DNA of 63,937 nt, from NCBI GenBank assembly GCA_003599345.1, contig QZJP01000069.1, forward strand, positions 1-63,937, in the 5' to 3' direction. Origin of the DNA: Bacillota bacterium. GTDB lineage: Bacteria; Bacillota; Sulfobacillia; UBA995; UBA9673. The position numbers and the translations under genes were made by a program. Below, in pieces: positions 9,191-16,464 of this stretch. The first letter of the stretch is position 1. Each line of letters opens with the position of its first letter. The notes under the pieces were generated by a model. It was not told the origin of the DNA. It ran no database searches and worked only from the letters and a program-made list of their open reading frames with translations.

Positions 9191-10459
9191 ATGGCGGGCG
9201 CCGCCGGGCCCTACCCCCTTTTCGAGGCGTTCGCCGGGCTGGAGCGGCGCCTGCCGAGGCTCAACCTCGGCGCCTGGCCCACGCCCCTGTCGCCCGCCCC
9301 AGGTCTGGCGGCCGCGGCCGGACTGCCCTGGAAGCTCTATGTCAAGAGGGACGACCTGTCCTCGCCTGTCTACGGCGGGAACAAGGTGCGGAAGTTCGAG
9401 TTTCTTCTGGCCAGGGCCAAGGCCGCCGGGCGGGACCTGGTGGTCACGGCGGGGGGCCTCGGGTCGAACCACGTCGTGGCCATGGCCGCTCTCGCTCCCG
9501 CGGCAGGGATGCAGGCCAGGGGCCTTCTCTTCTGCCAGCCGGTGACTCCCCACGTCCGGCGCAACCTCCTGGCCGGCGTGGCCCTCGGCGCCGACCTGAG
9601 GTGGGTCCGGGACTACACCGGCGTGGTCAGGGGCTACGCCGGGGCCGTGGCGGAGGGACTGGCCGGGGGGCGACGGACCCCGTACCTTGTGATGCCCGGC
9701 GGGTCCAGCGCCCTGTCGGGCGCGGGATATGTGAGCGCCGTCTTCGAGATCGCCGGGCAACTCCGGGCGATGGGCGAACCGGACCCCGCGGCTATCGTCC
9801 TCCCGGCGGGGACGGGGGGGACGGCGGCCGGGGTGCTCGCGGGCGTCGCGCTCGGCGGCCTCGACACCACTGTCGTCGCGGTGCGCGTGGTGTCGCCGGG
9901 CGTCCTCGGCGAGAGGAAGGTGAGGAATCTCGCGGCCGCGACGCTCAGGCTCCTTCTGAGGCTGGACCCGGACGCGGCACGCCGCGTAGGGTCCGCCGGA
10001 GGGCTCATCGCTCTGGCCGGACCGGGAGCCCGCGGGCGGCTGGTCCTGGAGGGCGGTTTCCTCGGGGAAGCCTACGGGTTCGCCACCGAGGAGGCCAGGC
10101 GGGCGGTGGCCCTGGCCCTCGAAGGGGAGGGACTGAAGCTCGAGACCACCTACACCGGCAAGGCCTTGGCGGCGATGCTGGCGGCCGCGGGGTCCGGGCC
10201 GGCGGCGGGAGGCCATGAGCGGTGGCTCAAGCGCGCGGCCGCCGGGCACCCGGTCGTTTTCCTCAATACCTATAGCTCAGTGGACCCCGCGGGCATGGCC
10301 GTCGGCGCGGAACCTACCGACCTCGTGGCCCGCGTCCCCCGGGAGCTCCGGTGGTGTTTCGACCGGTCGCGGCGTGACTGCGCCTGCGGGCTCGCCCGGC
10401 AGTGCCGCAGTTTCTGCGAGGTCGTCCGGAAGGACAGTGGTTGGGAGTGGCGCGAGTGA
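9191..10459 (+). CDS. PLP-dependent D-cysteine desulfhydrase / ACC deaminase family protein with a Cys-rich C-terminal tail
   Basis: 422 aa. YVKRDDLSSPVYGGNKVRKFEFLL contains the PLP lysine context and GGLGSNHV is present. The tail reads RWCFDRSRRDCACGLARQCRSFCE. Confidence 0.85.
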   Translation: MAGAAGPYPLFEAFAGLERRLPRLNLGAWPTPLSPAPGLAAAAGLPWKLYVKRDDLSSPVYGGNKVRKFEFLLARAKAAGRDLVVTAGGLGSNHVVAMAALAPAAGMQARGLLFCQPVTPHVRRNLLAGVALGADLRWVRDYTGVVRGYAGAVAEGLAGGRRTPYLVMPGGSSALSGAGYVSAVFEIAGQLRAMGEPDPAAIVLPAGTGGTAAGVLAGVALGGLDTTVVAVRVVSPGVLGERKVRNLAAATLRLLLRLDPDAARRVGSAGGLIALAGPGARGRLVLEGGFLGEAYGFATEEARRAVALALEGEGLKLETTYTGKALAAMLAAAGSGPAAGGHERWLKRAAAGHPVVFLNTYSSVDPAGMAVGAEPTDLVARVPRELRWCFDRSRRDCACGLARQCRSFCEVVRKDSGWEWRE

Positions 10460-10601
10460 GACGCGTCCTCGGCTACGCGCCGGCCGTGCCGGTTCTCTTG
10501 AGCTCGCTCCATGCGGTCCTAACCGCGGTCCCGGCCATCATCGGGGCATGGGGCGGGTCCAGCCTGGCCCGCTCGCGGGTGCCCGGGAAGGACGAGGTCC
10601 C

Positions 10602-11759
10602 CTAGAGCATGCGCAGAGCCGAGGCCGGGTCGGTCCGGGCCGCCCGGCGGACGGGCCAGTATGCCGCGGTCAGGCCCACGGCGGCGCTTCCCGCGAGCAC
10701 CGCCGCGAACACCGTCGGGTCCAGTCTCAGGCCGAGGGCGCCCGAAGCCGGGTCGAGCAAGGGTAGCAGGGCGCCGGCGAGCGCGGTTCCGGCCGACCAC
10801 CCCAAGACGGCGGCCGCGCACGCGACGGCCAGGACTTCGGTCAGGAGCACCGCCATGATGTGGCCCTCGCGGTAGCCGAAGGCCCGGAGGAGGCCTACTT
10901 CGCGGGTCCTTTCCCGCGCCATGGCGTACTGCTGCGCGGCCACGAGGAACGACCCCGCCGCCACCGCCAGGACCGCCGTGAGCGGGATTAGGGACCGTAT
11001 CCGGTCAAGAAGGCCCAACCGAGCTTCTTCGACGTCTCTCACGAGGGTTACCTCGGTTCCGGGCAGGGCCGCGGCCAGGCGGTCCTTCAGTTCGCCCTGG
11101 GCCTTGCCCGCCGCCGGCCCGGGGGCGGAGGCTTCGATGAAGGTCACGCTTCCGGGACGGCCCGCGCGGTCCTGGAGCTCCGTCAGGGACATGAGGACCA
11201 CGCCGTCCTCCTCGAGCCCGGTTTCGTCGAGGACTCCCGCGACTTCGTAGGCCCGGCCGAAGAGACGGATGGTTGCGCCCTGCCGCACGTCCCACTGCGA
11301 GGCGAGTTCCGACCCGAGCAGGACCTCGCCCGCGGCCTCGGGGTACCGGCCCTCGAGGCTCCAGTGGGTTCTGAGGCGCCTCTCCTCAGACCAGTCGACG
11401 CCGACGGCGAGAACCGCCTCACCGTCCGGGCCGGTCGTCACGTGGAGAAGCTTGGGCGCGACCTCAGGGTGGGTCTCCCTGGCTCTGTCCAGAGCCCAGA
11501 CCGGGAGCTCTTGGGCCTGGAAGCTCGCCGACCCCAGCGTCAGGCCGGAATAGGAGAGGGTCCAGTCCTGCTTCACGGGGGAGATGAGCACCCTGGCCCC
11601 GCGCCCCTCGAGTTCCCTCGAGAGCTCTTCGCCCATGGTGAGGGCCATGTCGAGGAGCGAGACGACGATGGCCGCGGCCACCGCCAGGCCCGCGAGAACG
11701 ATCAGAGCCTTTCCCGGGCGTCTTCTGAGGTGGGCCAGAGCCACCGCCGCGGGCCTCAC
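10602..11759 (-). CDS. ABC transporter permease, FtsX/MacB-type
   Basis: 385 aa. It has an N-terminal TM, a large extracytoplasmic domain and three C-terminal TMs with the REVGLLRAFGY motif. Confidence 0.85.
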   Translation of the reverse strand: MRPAAVALAHLRRRPGKALIVLAGLAVAAAIVVSLLDMALTMGEELSRELEGRGARVLISPVKQDWTLSYSGLTLGSASFQAQELPVWALDRARETHPEVAPKLLHVTTGPDGEAVLAVGVDWSEERRLRTHWSLEGRYPEAAGEVLLGSELASQWDVRQGATIRLFGRAYEVAGVLDETGLEEDGVVLMSLTELQDRAGRPGSVTFIEASAPGPAAGKAQGELKDRLAAALPGTEVTLVRDVEEARLGLLDRIRSLIPLTAVLAVAAGSFLVAAQQYAMARERTREVGLLRAFGYREGHIMAVLLTEVLAVACAAAVLGWSAGTALAGALLPLLDPASGALGLRLDPTVFAAVLAGSAAVGLTAAYWPVRRAARTDPASALRML

Positions 11760-12421
11760 TGGACGGCACCGTCCTTCATGGTCAGCACTCGCGTCGCGTA
11801 GCGGAGGTTGTCGGGGTTGTGGGTGACCATGACCACCGAACGGCCTCTCCCGTGAAGGCCGGCGAAGAGCTCCATGATGCGCTCGCCGGTGGCGGAATCG
11901 AGCGCGCCCGTGGGTTCATCCGCCAGGATGAGCGGCGGCTCGTTGACGATGGCCCTGGCGATGGCCACGCGTTCCTGCTCACCGCCGGATAGTTGCCCGG
12001 GGAGACGCCGGGCCTTTCCGACGAGGCCGACGCCCTCGAGGGCTTTCTCCGCCATCTCGACCTGCCGCCGTGGGGGGATGTCCGTCACGGCAAGGGGCAG
12101 CATCACGTTCTGCAGAACTGTCAGGTATGGCAGGAGCTGAAACTCCTGGAACACGAAACCCACGTACTCGTTCCTGAAGTCCGCCAGGCGATCCTGGCCC
12201 AGTGAATAGACGTCTATGCCGTCTACCGTGACCGAACCGGCGGTCGGTGGGTTCAGACCGCCGAGAATGCCTAAGAGAGTGCTCTTCCCGGACCCCGACG
12301 GCCCGACCACGGCCAGGAGTTCGCCGGTGTCGAGCGTCAGGGACACCCCGCGCAGGGCCGCTACCGGCCCGTCGCCGCTCGGGTATTCCTTTCGGACATC
12401 CACGGCCTCGATGAGAGCCAC
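11756..12421 (-). CDS. ABC transporter ATP-binding protein (MacB/LolD-like)
   Basis: 221 aa with Walker [12 protein letters not shown], signature [14 protein letters not shown] and Walker [12 protein letters not shown]. Confidence 0.93.
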   Translation of the reverse strand: MALIEAVDVRKEYPSGDGPVAALRGVSLTLDTGELLAVVGPSGSGKSTLLGILGGLNPPTAGSVTVDGIDVYSLGQDRLADFRNEYVGFVFQEFQLLPYLTVLQNVMLPLAVTDIPPRRQVEMAEKALEGVGLVGKARRLPGQLSGGEQERVAIARAIVNEPPLILADEPTGALDSATGERIMELFAGLHGRGRSVVMVTHNPDNLRYATRVLTMKDGAVQ

Positions 12422-12442
12422 GGTATGGACTCCCTCCTAGTC

Positions 12443-13624
12443 TCACAGATATCTGAGAGCCGAGACGGGGTCGGTGCGGGCGGCCCTGACGGCGGGCGGG
12501 GCGGAGGCCAGAAGGACCGCCGCCACCGCCACCAGTGCGGTTACCGCCAGAGCCCCGGCGTTCACGGTCCGGGCGGTGATACCCGCGATCAGCGGGCCGA
12601 CCGCGACGGCGAGTCCCCATCCCGAGAGTACTCCGACGGCGGCCCCGGCGACGCCCAGGGTGGCGGCCTCCGTGTAGAAAACGGCAAGAATGTGCCGGCC
12701 GCGGAAACCGATGGCCCGTAAGAGGCCGATTTCCCGCGTCCTCTCCCTGGCTGAGCCGAGCGCGACCAGGGCGACGGTCAGCAGGCCGAGGAGGCCCAAG
12801 GCCAGGGACAGGGCCCTGGTGAAGCCCGCGAACCGGTCGACCACCGCCCGTCTCGCGTTGACGGCGGACTTGACGGCGGCCACCCTCGCGCCGGGGAGCT
12901 TGTCTCTGAGCTGGGCGACTATCTCGTCGATGGGGCAGCTGGTGCACAGGGCCGCGAGTTCGACGAGGCTGACGCGGTCCCCGAGTCCGGAGAGCGACTG
13001 GAGTTCCTCGAGGTCCATCCATATGGCCCGGTCCTCGTCTGACCCCAGGGCCTCAATGACTCCGGCGACCGTGAACAGCCGTCCCTGGAGCTGCACCGCG
13101 TCTCCGGGGCCCAGGCCCCAGCGCCGGGCGACGGCCGACCCGAGCACGACCTCGCCTCGGGCGGGCTCCGCGGCCGAAGACCAGTTCACGCGCCACCACT
13201 TCTTGAGGCGCAGTTCCGCGGGGAAGCGGACTCCTACGGCCAGGGCCGGACCGGACGGGGTCTCGACCGCCACGAGCAGCTTGGGGGCCACGATGGCGAT
13301 GTTGTCCTTGTTCGGGATGGCCCGCACTCCGCCCAGCACGCTGCCCGGGAGATACCCGGGCATGGCGCTGTCCGGCCCGCCCGCCGCGGCGGTTGCCGGC
13401 GGGACGCTGACGCCGGCGTAGCCGAAGGACCGGGTCTCCGCCGGTAGCACCACGATGTTCGCCCCGATCTGGTCGAAAGCGTCCGCGACGTCGGCGCTCA
13501 TCGCCCCGGTCACGATGTTCATGGCGGTGACCGCGCCACAACTGAAGGCAATGGTCAGGGCCAAGAGCAGGGCCCGGCCCTTCCTTCGCCGGAGATTGGC
13601 CATGGCCAGGTCTCTAGGACGCAC
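12443..13624 (-). CDS. ABC transporter permease, FtsX/MacB-type (second copy)
   Basis: 393 aa with the same architecture as 10602-11759, including the REIGLLRAIGF motif. Confidence 0.85.
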   Translation of the reverse strand: MRPRDLAMANLRRRKGRALLLALTIAFSCGAVTAMNIVTGAMSADVADAFDQIGANIVVLPAETRSFGYAGVSVPPATAAAGGPDSAMPGYLPGSVLGGVRAIPNKDNIAIVAPKLLVAVETPSGPALAVGVRFPAELRLKKWWRVNWSSAAEPARGEVVLGSAVARRWGLGPGDAVQLQGRLFTVAGVIEALGSDEDRAIWMDLEELQSLSGLGDRVSLVELAALCTSCPIDEIVAQLRDKLPGARVAAVKSAVNARRAVVDRFAGFTRALSLALGLLGLLTVALVALGSARERTREIGLLRAIGFRGRHILAVFYTEAATLGVAGAAVGVLSGWGLAVAVGPLIAGITARTVNAGALAVTALVAVAAVLLASAPPAVRAARTDPVSALRYL

Positions 13625-13645
13625 CGCCGGACCCCCGTCCGCGGG

Positions 13646-14014
13646 TCATGGGATCTCCACCCACTGGCCGCTCGCGAAGAAGTACCTCTTGACGACCTCG
13701 CCGTCGCGGTAGATGTCGGCCTGGAGGTGGCAGCCGTAGTCCCTGACCCGCACGTCGACCGGGCTCTGGTCCCCGGTACTCGCGCGATAGGTGTCGAGCG
13801 CCAACTGGTCCAAGGCCGGAGTGTTGTAGCCCGAACCGCCACTCGAACCGCAGCAAGAGCCCACGCCGAACCCGCCCGCGAAGCGCTGCGCGCCCGGAGG
13901 TCCGGCCAGGACCCAGGGTCCGAGCACCGCGAGAGCGACGGCGGCTCCCGCGACCAGAAGGGCAGTCCCCCAGTGTTTCGCGCCGGTCATCGCCTTGCGA
14001 ACCTCCTCCTGCAT
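13646..14014 (-). CDS. Small membrane-anchored protein, tentatively PepSY-like
   Basis: 122 aa. One N-terminal TM is followed by a Gly/Cys stretch (GSCCGSSGGSGY) and a C-terminal beta-rich segment (VDVRVRDYGCHLQADIYRDGEVVKRYFFASGQW). It lies 21 nt upstream of the permease. Confidence 0.5.
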   Translation of the reverse strand: MQEEVRKAMTGAKHWGTALLVAGAAVALAVLGPWVLAGPPGAQRFAGGFGVGSCCGSSGGSGYNTPALDQLALDTYRASTGDQSPVDVRVRDYGCHLQADIYRDGEVVKRYFFASGQWVEIP

Positions 14015-14095
14015 CCCACAACACCACCCTAGGAGAGGATCACGCCCACAGACGGGGCCGCGTCCTTGAACGACCGGCCCGGCCCGCGCTTCCCA

Positions 14096-14794
14096 CTAGC
14101 CGCGGGGGACCCAGGAGCGCAGCTCCCACTCGTCCAGCACCAGATACTCACCGTCCACCGCATAGCTCACGGAGTCCGGGGGGTAGTCCATGCATCCGCC
14201 GGAGATGCCCTTCAGCGACTCGAGAGACCACTGGGTGAAGCAGGCGTTGCAGACCAGCCGGTCACCTCGGATGTGAAACGACGTGCCGCTACACGGCTCG
14301 CAGAAAGAGACGGCCGCGGTGACCTTGCCGGACGGGGCGACGAACGCGGTGACCGGCATGCTCTCGAAGCTGGTCCCGTTGGGGAGGGTGAGCGGGCGGT
14401 CGGGAAGACTGAATACGACTATACCCTCGCGGTCCAGGGTGGCCAGGTCGAGGTATATCGACCCATCACGGTATTCCGGCTCGATCGCGGTCTGCTGTAA
14501 GGGTTGAGACGGGTCGTAGCGTCGCCCGCTGAGCTTGTAGTAAGGGCCGGAATCGCCGGCGAACAGCCCGAGAGGGCCGGCCGCGAGAGCCAGAAGACCC
14601 AGCGCCACCACGACCACGCCGGCCGCCCCGAGCCGGAGCATGTTCCGCCGGCCCGGGCCTTCCCCCGCCGGCTTCGTCCCGATGACTCTAGCCTTCTTGT
14701 CGCGGCTCACCCTTCCATAGTCAACCTTCTCCGAGCTCCCCCGGCTCTTCACTTCGGACACCCGCCTCCTACATGGTGTAGTAGTTTCGAGCAC
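14096..14794 (-). CDS. DUF2318-type Cys-rich membrane-anchored protein (annotated 'Fe-S-containing' in P19/FTR1 loci); start may be internal (M52)
   Basis: It has one TM (LRLGAAGVVVVALGLLALAA) and then a SFCEPCSG...RLVCNACFTQW...GGCMDYPP motif (CxxC...CxxC...C). Confidence 0.62.
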   Translation of the reverse strand: MLETTTPCRRRVSEVKSRGSSEKVDYGRVSRDKKARVIGTKPAGEGPGRRNMLRLGAAGVVVVALGLLALAAGPLGLFAGDSGPYYKLSGRRYDPSQPLQQTAIEPEYRDGSIYLDLATLDREGIVVFSLPDRPLTLPNGTSFESMPVTAFVAPSGKVTAAVSFCEPCSGTSFHIRGDRLVCNACFTQWSLESLKGISGGCMDYPPDSVSYAVDGEYLVLDEWELRSWVPRG

Positions 14795-14825
14795 AGCGAA
14801 GGCCGCCTCAAGCGGCGGCCCGCAG

Positions 14826-15836
14826 TCAGCAGATAGAGAGCGACACCAGCCCGATGACGGCCAAGACGAGAAAGCCGGCCGCCGCGCCGGGGGCTCTCGC
14901 GGGGGCGAGCCGGCAAGGCCCGGTGTGTCCGCCCGCGGCGTCGAGTAGGCGCCTCACCCGCGCCGTCACGGACGACGCGGAGGCGGACGGGGCGAAGTTG
15001 TCGAGGACGGCCTCACGGACGCGGCCGGCGCCCCGGAACCTACAGGCCTTGACGATGCCGCCGGCGAGAGCCAGGGACCTGTGCGCCCCCGCCCTCTCGT
15101 CGGCGGCTTCCTCCATGCTCTGGTCGAACCCGCGGTAGACCGCGAAAGAGAAGCCCGTGAAGACAAGCGCGTCGCGAACGGTCACGGCGAGCCACTTCTT
15201 CCAGTTGTCCCCGGCCTCCACATGAGCCAGTTCGTGCGCGAGAACCGCGGCTAGTTCTTCGTCGTCGAGCGTCTCGAGGTAGGACTCCGAAAGGGCGATC
15301 ACCGGCCGGAACAGGCCCGCCGCGAAGGCGCCGCCAGGCACCCGTGGTGAGACGACCACCCTGGGGAGGCGAGTCTTCAGAGCCGGGAACTCGCTTTCGA
15401 GGGCTCGGAGGGCGGCATCCACCCTCTGGACACCGGCACGCTGGCGCGATGCGCGGTCTCCGTTGTCGAGCCTCGTCGCCAGCCACAGGCTGACCGCGGC
15501 CTTCAGGCTTCCCGCGAGCAGGGCCAGGACGAACAGCGGTGCCAGCGGCCGAGCGAGGGCCGTCCCGATGGCGCAGAGCGTGACGAGATGCGACTCCGCC
15601 CAGGAGCCGGGAACGGCGAGCGGGGGACACGATGCCACCAGCCCTAGCCCGTACGCGGCCTGCACCCCACCGTAGAGGGCGAACGGGGCGACGAGCGGCA
15701 CGGCCCAGAGCAGTTTCCGCGAAGAGGGGGGCAGGGACGGGAAGGCCTTGGTGGCGGCCCAGCCGAGGGCCCCGCCAAGGGCCATGCTGACTACCGCGTA
15801 GATCACGAACGGGTGTACCGCGGTCAAGTTCGTCAT
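14826..15836 (-). CDS. BlaR1/MecR1-like M56 membrane metalloprotease lacking a penicillin-binding sensor domain
   Basis: 336 aa with multiple TMs and zinc motif LAHELAHVEAGD (HExxH). Its start overlaps the stop of the BlaI-like gene by 4 nt. Confidence 0.8.
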   Translation of the reverse strand: MTNLTAVHPFVIYAVVSMALGGALGWAATKAFPSLPPSSRKLLWAVPLVAPFALYGGVQAAYGLGLVASCPPLAVPGSWAESHLVTLCAIGTALARPLAPLFVLALLAGSLKAAVSLWLATRLDNGDRASRQRAGVQRVDAALRALESEFPALKTRLPRVVVSPRVPGGAFAAGLFRPVIALSESYLETLDDEELAAVLAHELAHVEAGDNWKKWLAVTVRDALVFTGFSFAVYRGFDQSMEEAADERAGAHRSLALAGGIVKACRFRGAGRVREAVLDNFAPSASASSVTARVRRLLDAAGGHTGPCRLAPARAPGAAAGFLVLAVIGLVSLSIC

Positions 15837-16300
15837 CTCTGTCCCCCGTCCGCGGCCTTGTGCTGAGCCCGGGCGATTTCTTCAGCTCTCCGCCTGCGAA
15901 TCGTTCGCTCGAGCTCGTCGAGCGTGTCACGGTCGATGTCCGCGACTCTCTCGACGAGATGACTCAGGACCGGTCCGGCGAAGTCCTGGAGGAGACCGTC
16001 GAGGACCTGGCCGGCGACTTTGGCCATGAACTCATCGCGCCCGAGGGCGGGCGCATAGACGTAGTAGTTGCTTTCCGGTTCACGCACGAGCAGTCCCTTG
16101 TCGTGAAGCCGGGACATGGTCGTCATCACCGTGGTGTAGGCCAGAGACCGCTTGCGGTGGAGGTCCTCGTGAACGTCGCGGACGGTGGCCCGGCCCTTGC
16201 GCCACACGAGCTCCATGACTTCGGCCTCGAGTTCGCCGAGAACCTTGGTGAGACCGCTCCCGCCGGGCTTGAAACCGAACGTCAGGTCGTCGCTCGACAT
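15833..16300 (-). CDS. BlaI/MecI/CopY-family winged-helix repressor
   Basis: 155 aa. LGELEAEVMELVWRKGRATVRDVHEDL...LAYTTVMTTMSRLHDKGLL is typical of the family. A strong SD (AGGAGGCA) lies upstream. There is no CopY-type C-terminal Cys motif. Confidence 0.88.
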   Translation of the reverse strand: MSSDDLTFGFKPGGSGLTKVLGELEAEVMELVWRKGRATVRDVHEDLHRKRSLAYTTVMTTMSRLHDKGLLVREPESNYYVYAPALGRDEFMAKVAGQVLDGLLQDFAGPVLSHLVERVADIDRDTLDELERTIRRRRAEEIARAQHKAADGGQR

Positions 16301-16315
16301 AGGCCTTGCCTCCTG

Positions 16316-16362
16316 GTGTAGAGATTATAGACGAGGCATCTACTACAGTCAATAGTAATTAC
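16316..16362. promoter_or_regulatory. AT-rich divergent control region with inverted repeats (candidate BlaI-type operator)
   Basis: This is the only AT-rich patch between the divergent blaI-like and GRE genes. TACTA-N7-TAGTA lies at 16341-16357, and GTAGA...TCTAC arms flank TATAG. Confidence 0.4.
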
Positions 16363-16464
16363 CGGGGCAGGTCACGTCCTGAAGGAGGAGAAACGTAGGA
16401 AAGCGGCCGGGCACACTCGGAGTGCCCGGGCGCACCCTGGAGTTCTTGAGGAGCGTGGCGGAGC

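Noticed and set aside
14826-16300. I considered reading BlaI/BlaR1 as a beta-lactam resistance regulon.
   Set aside because: The M56 protein ends in a TM helix and has no C-terminal penicillin-binding/transpeptidase-like sensor domain. No blaZ or mecA-type gene is nearby, and the downstream genes are a DUF2318/ABC module instead.
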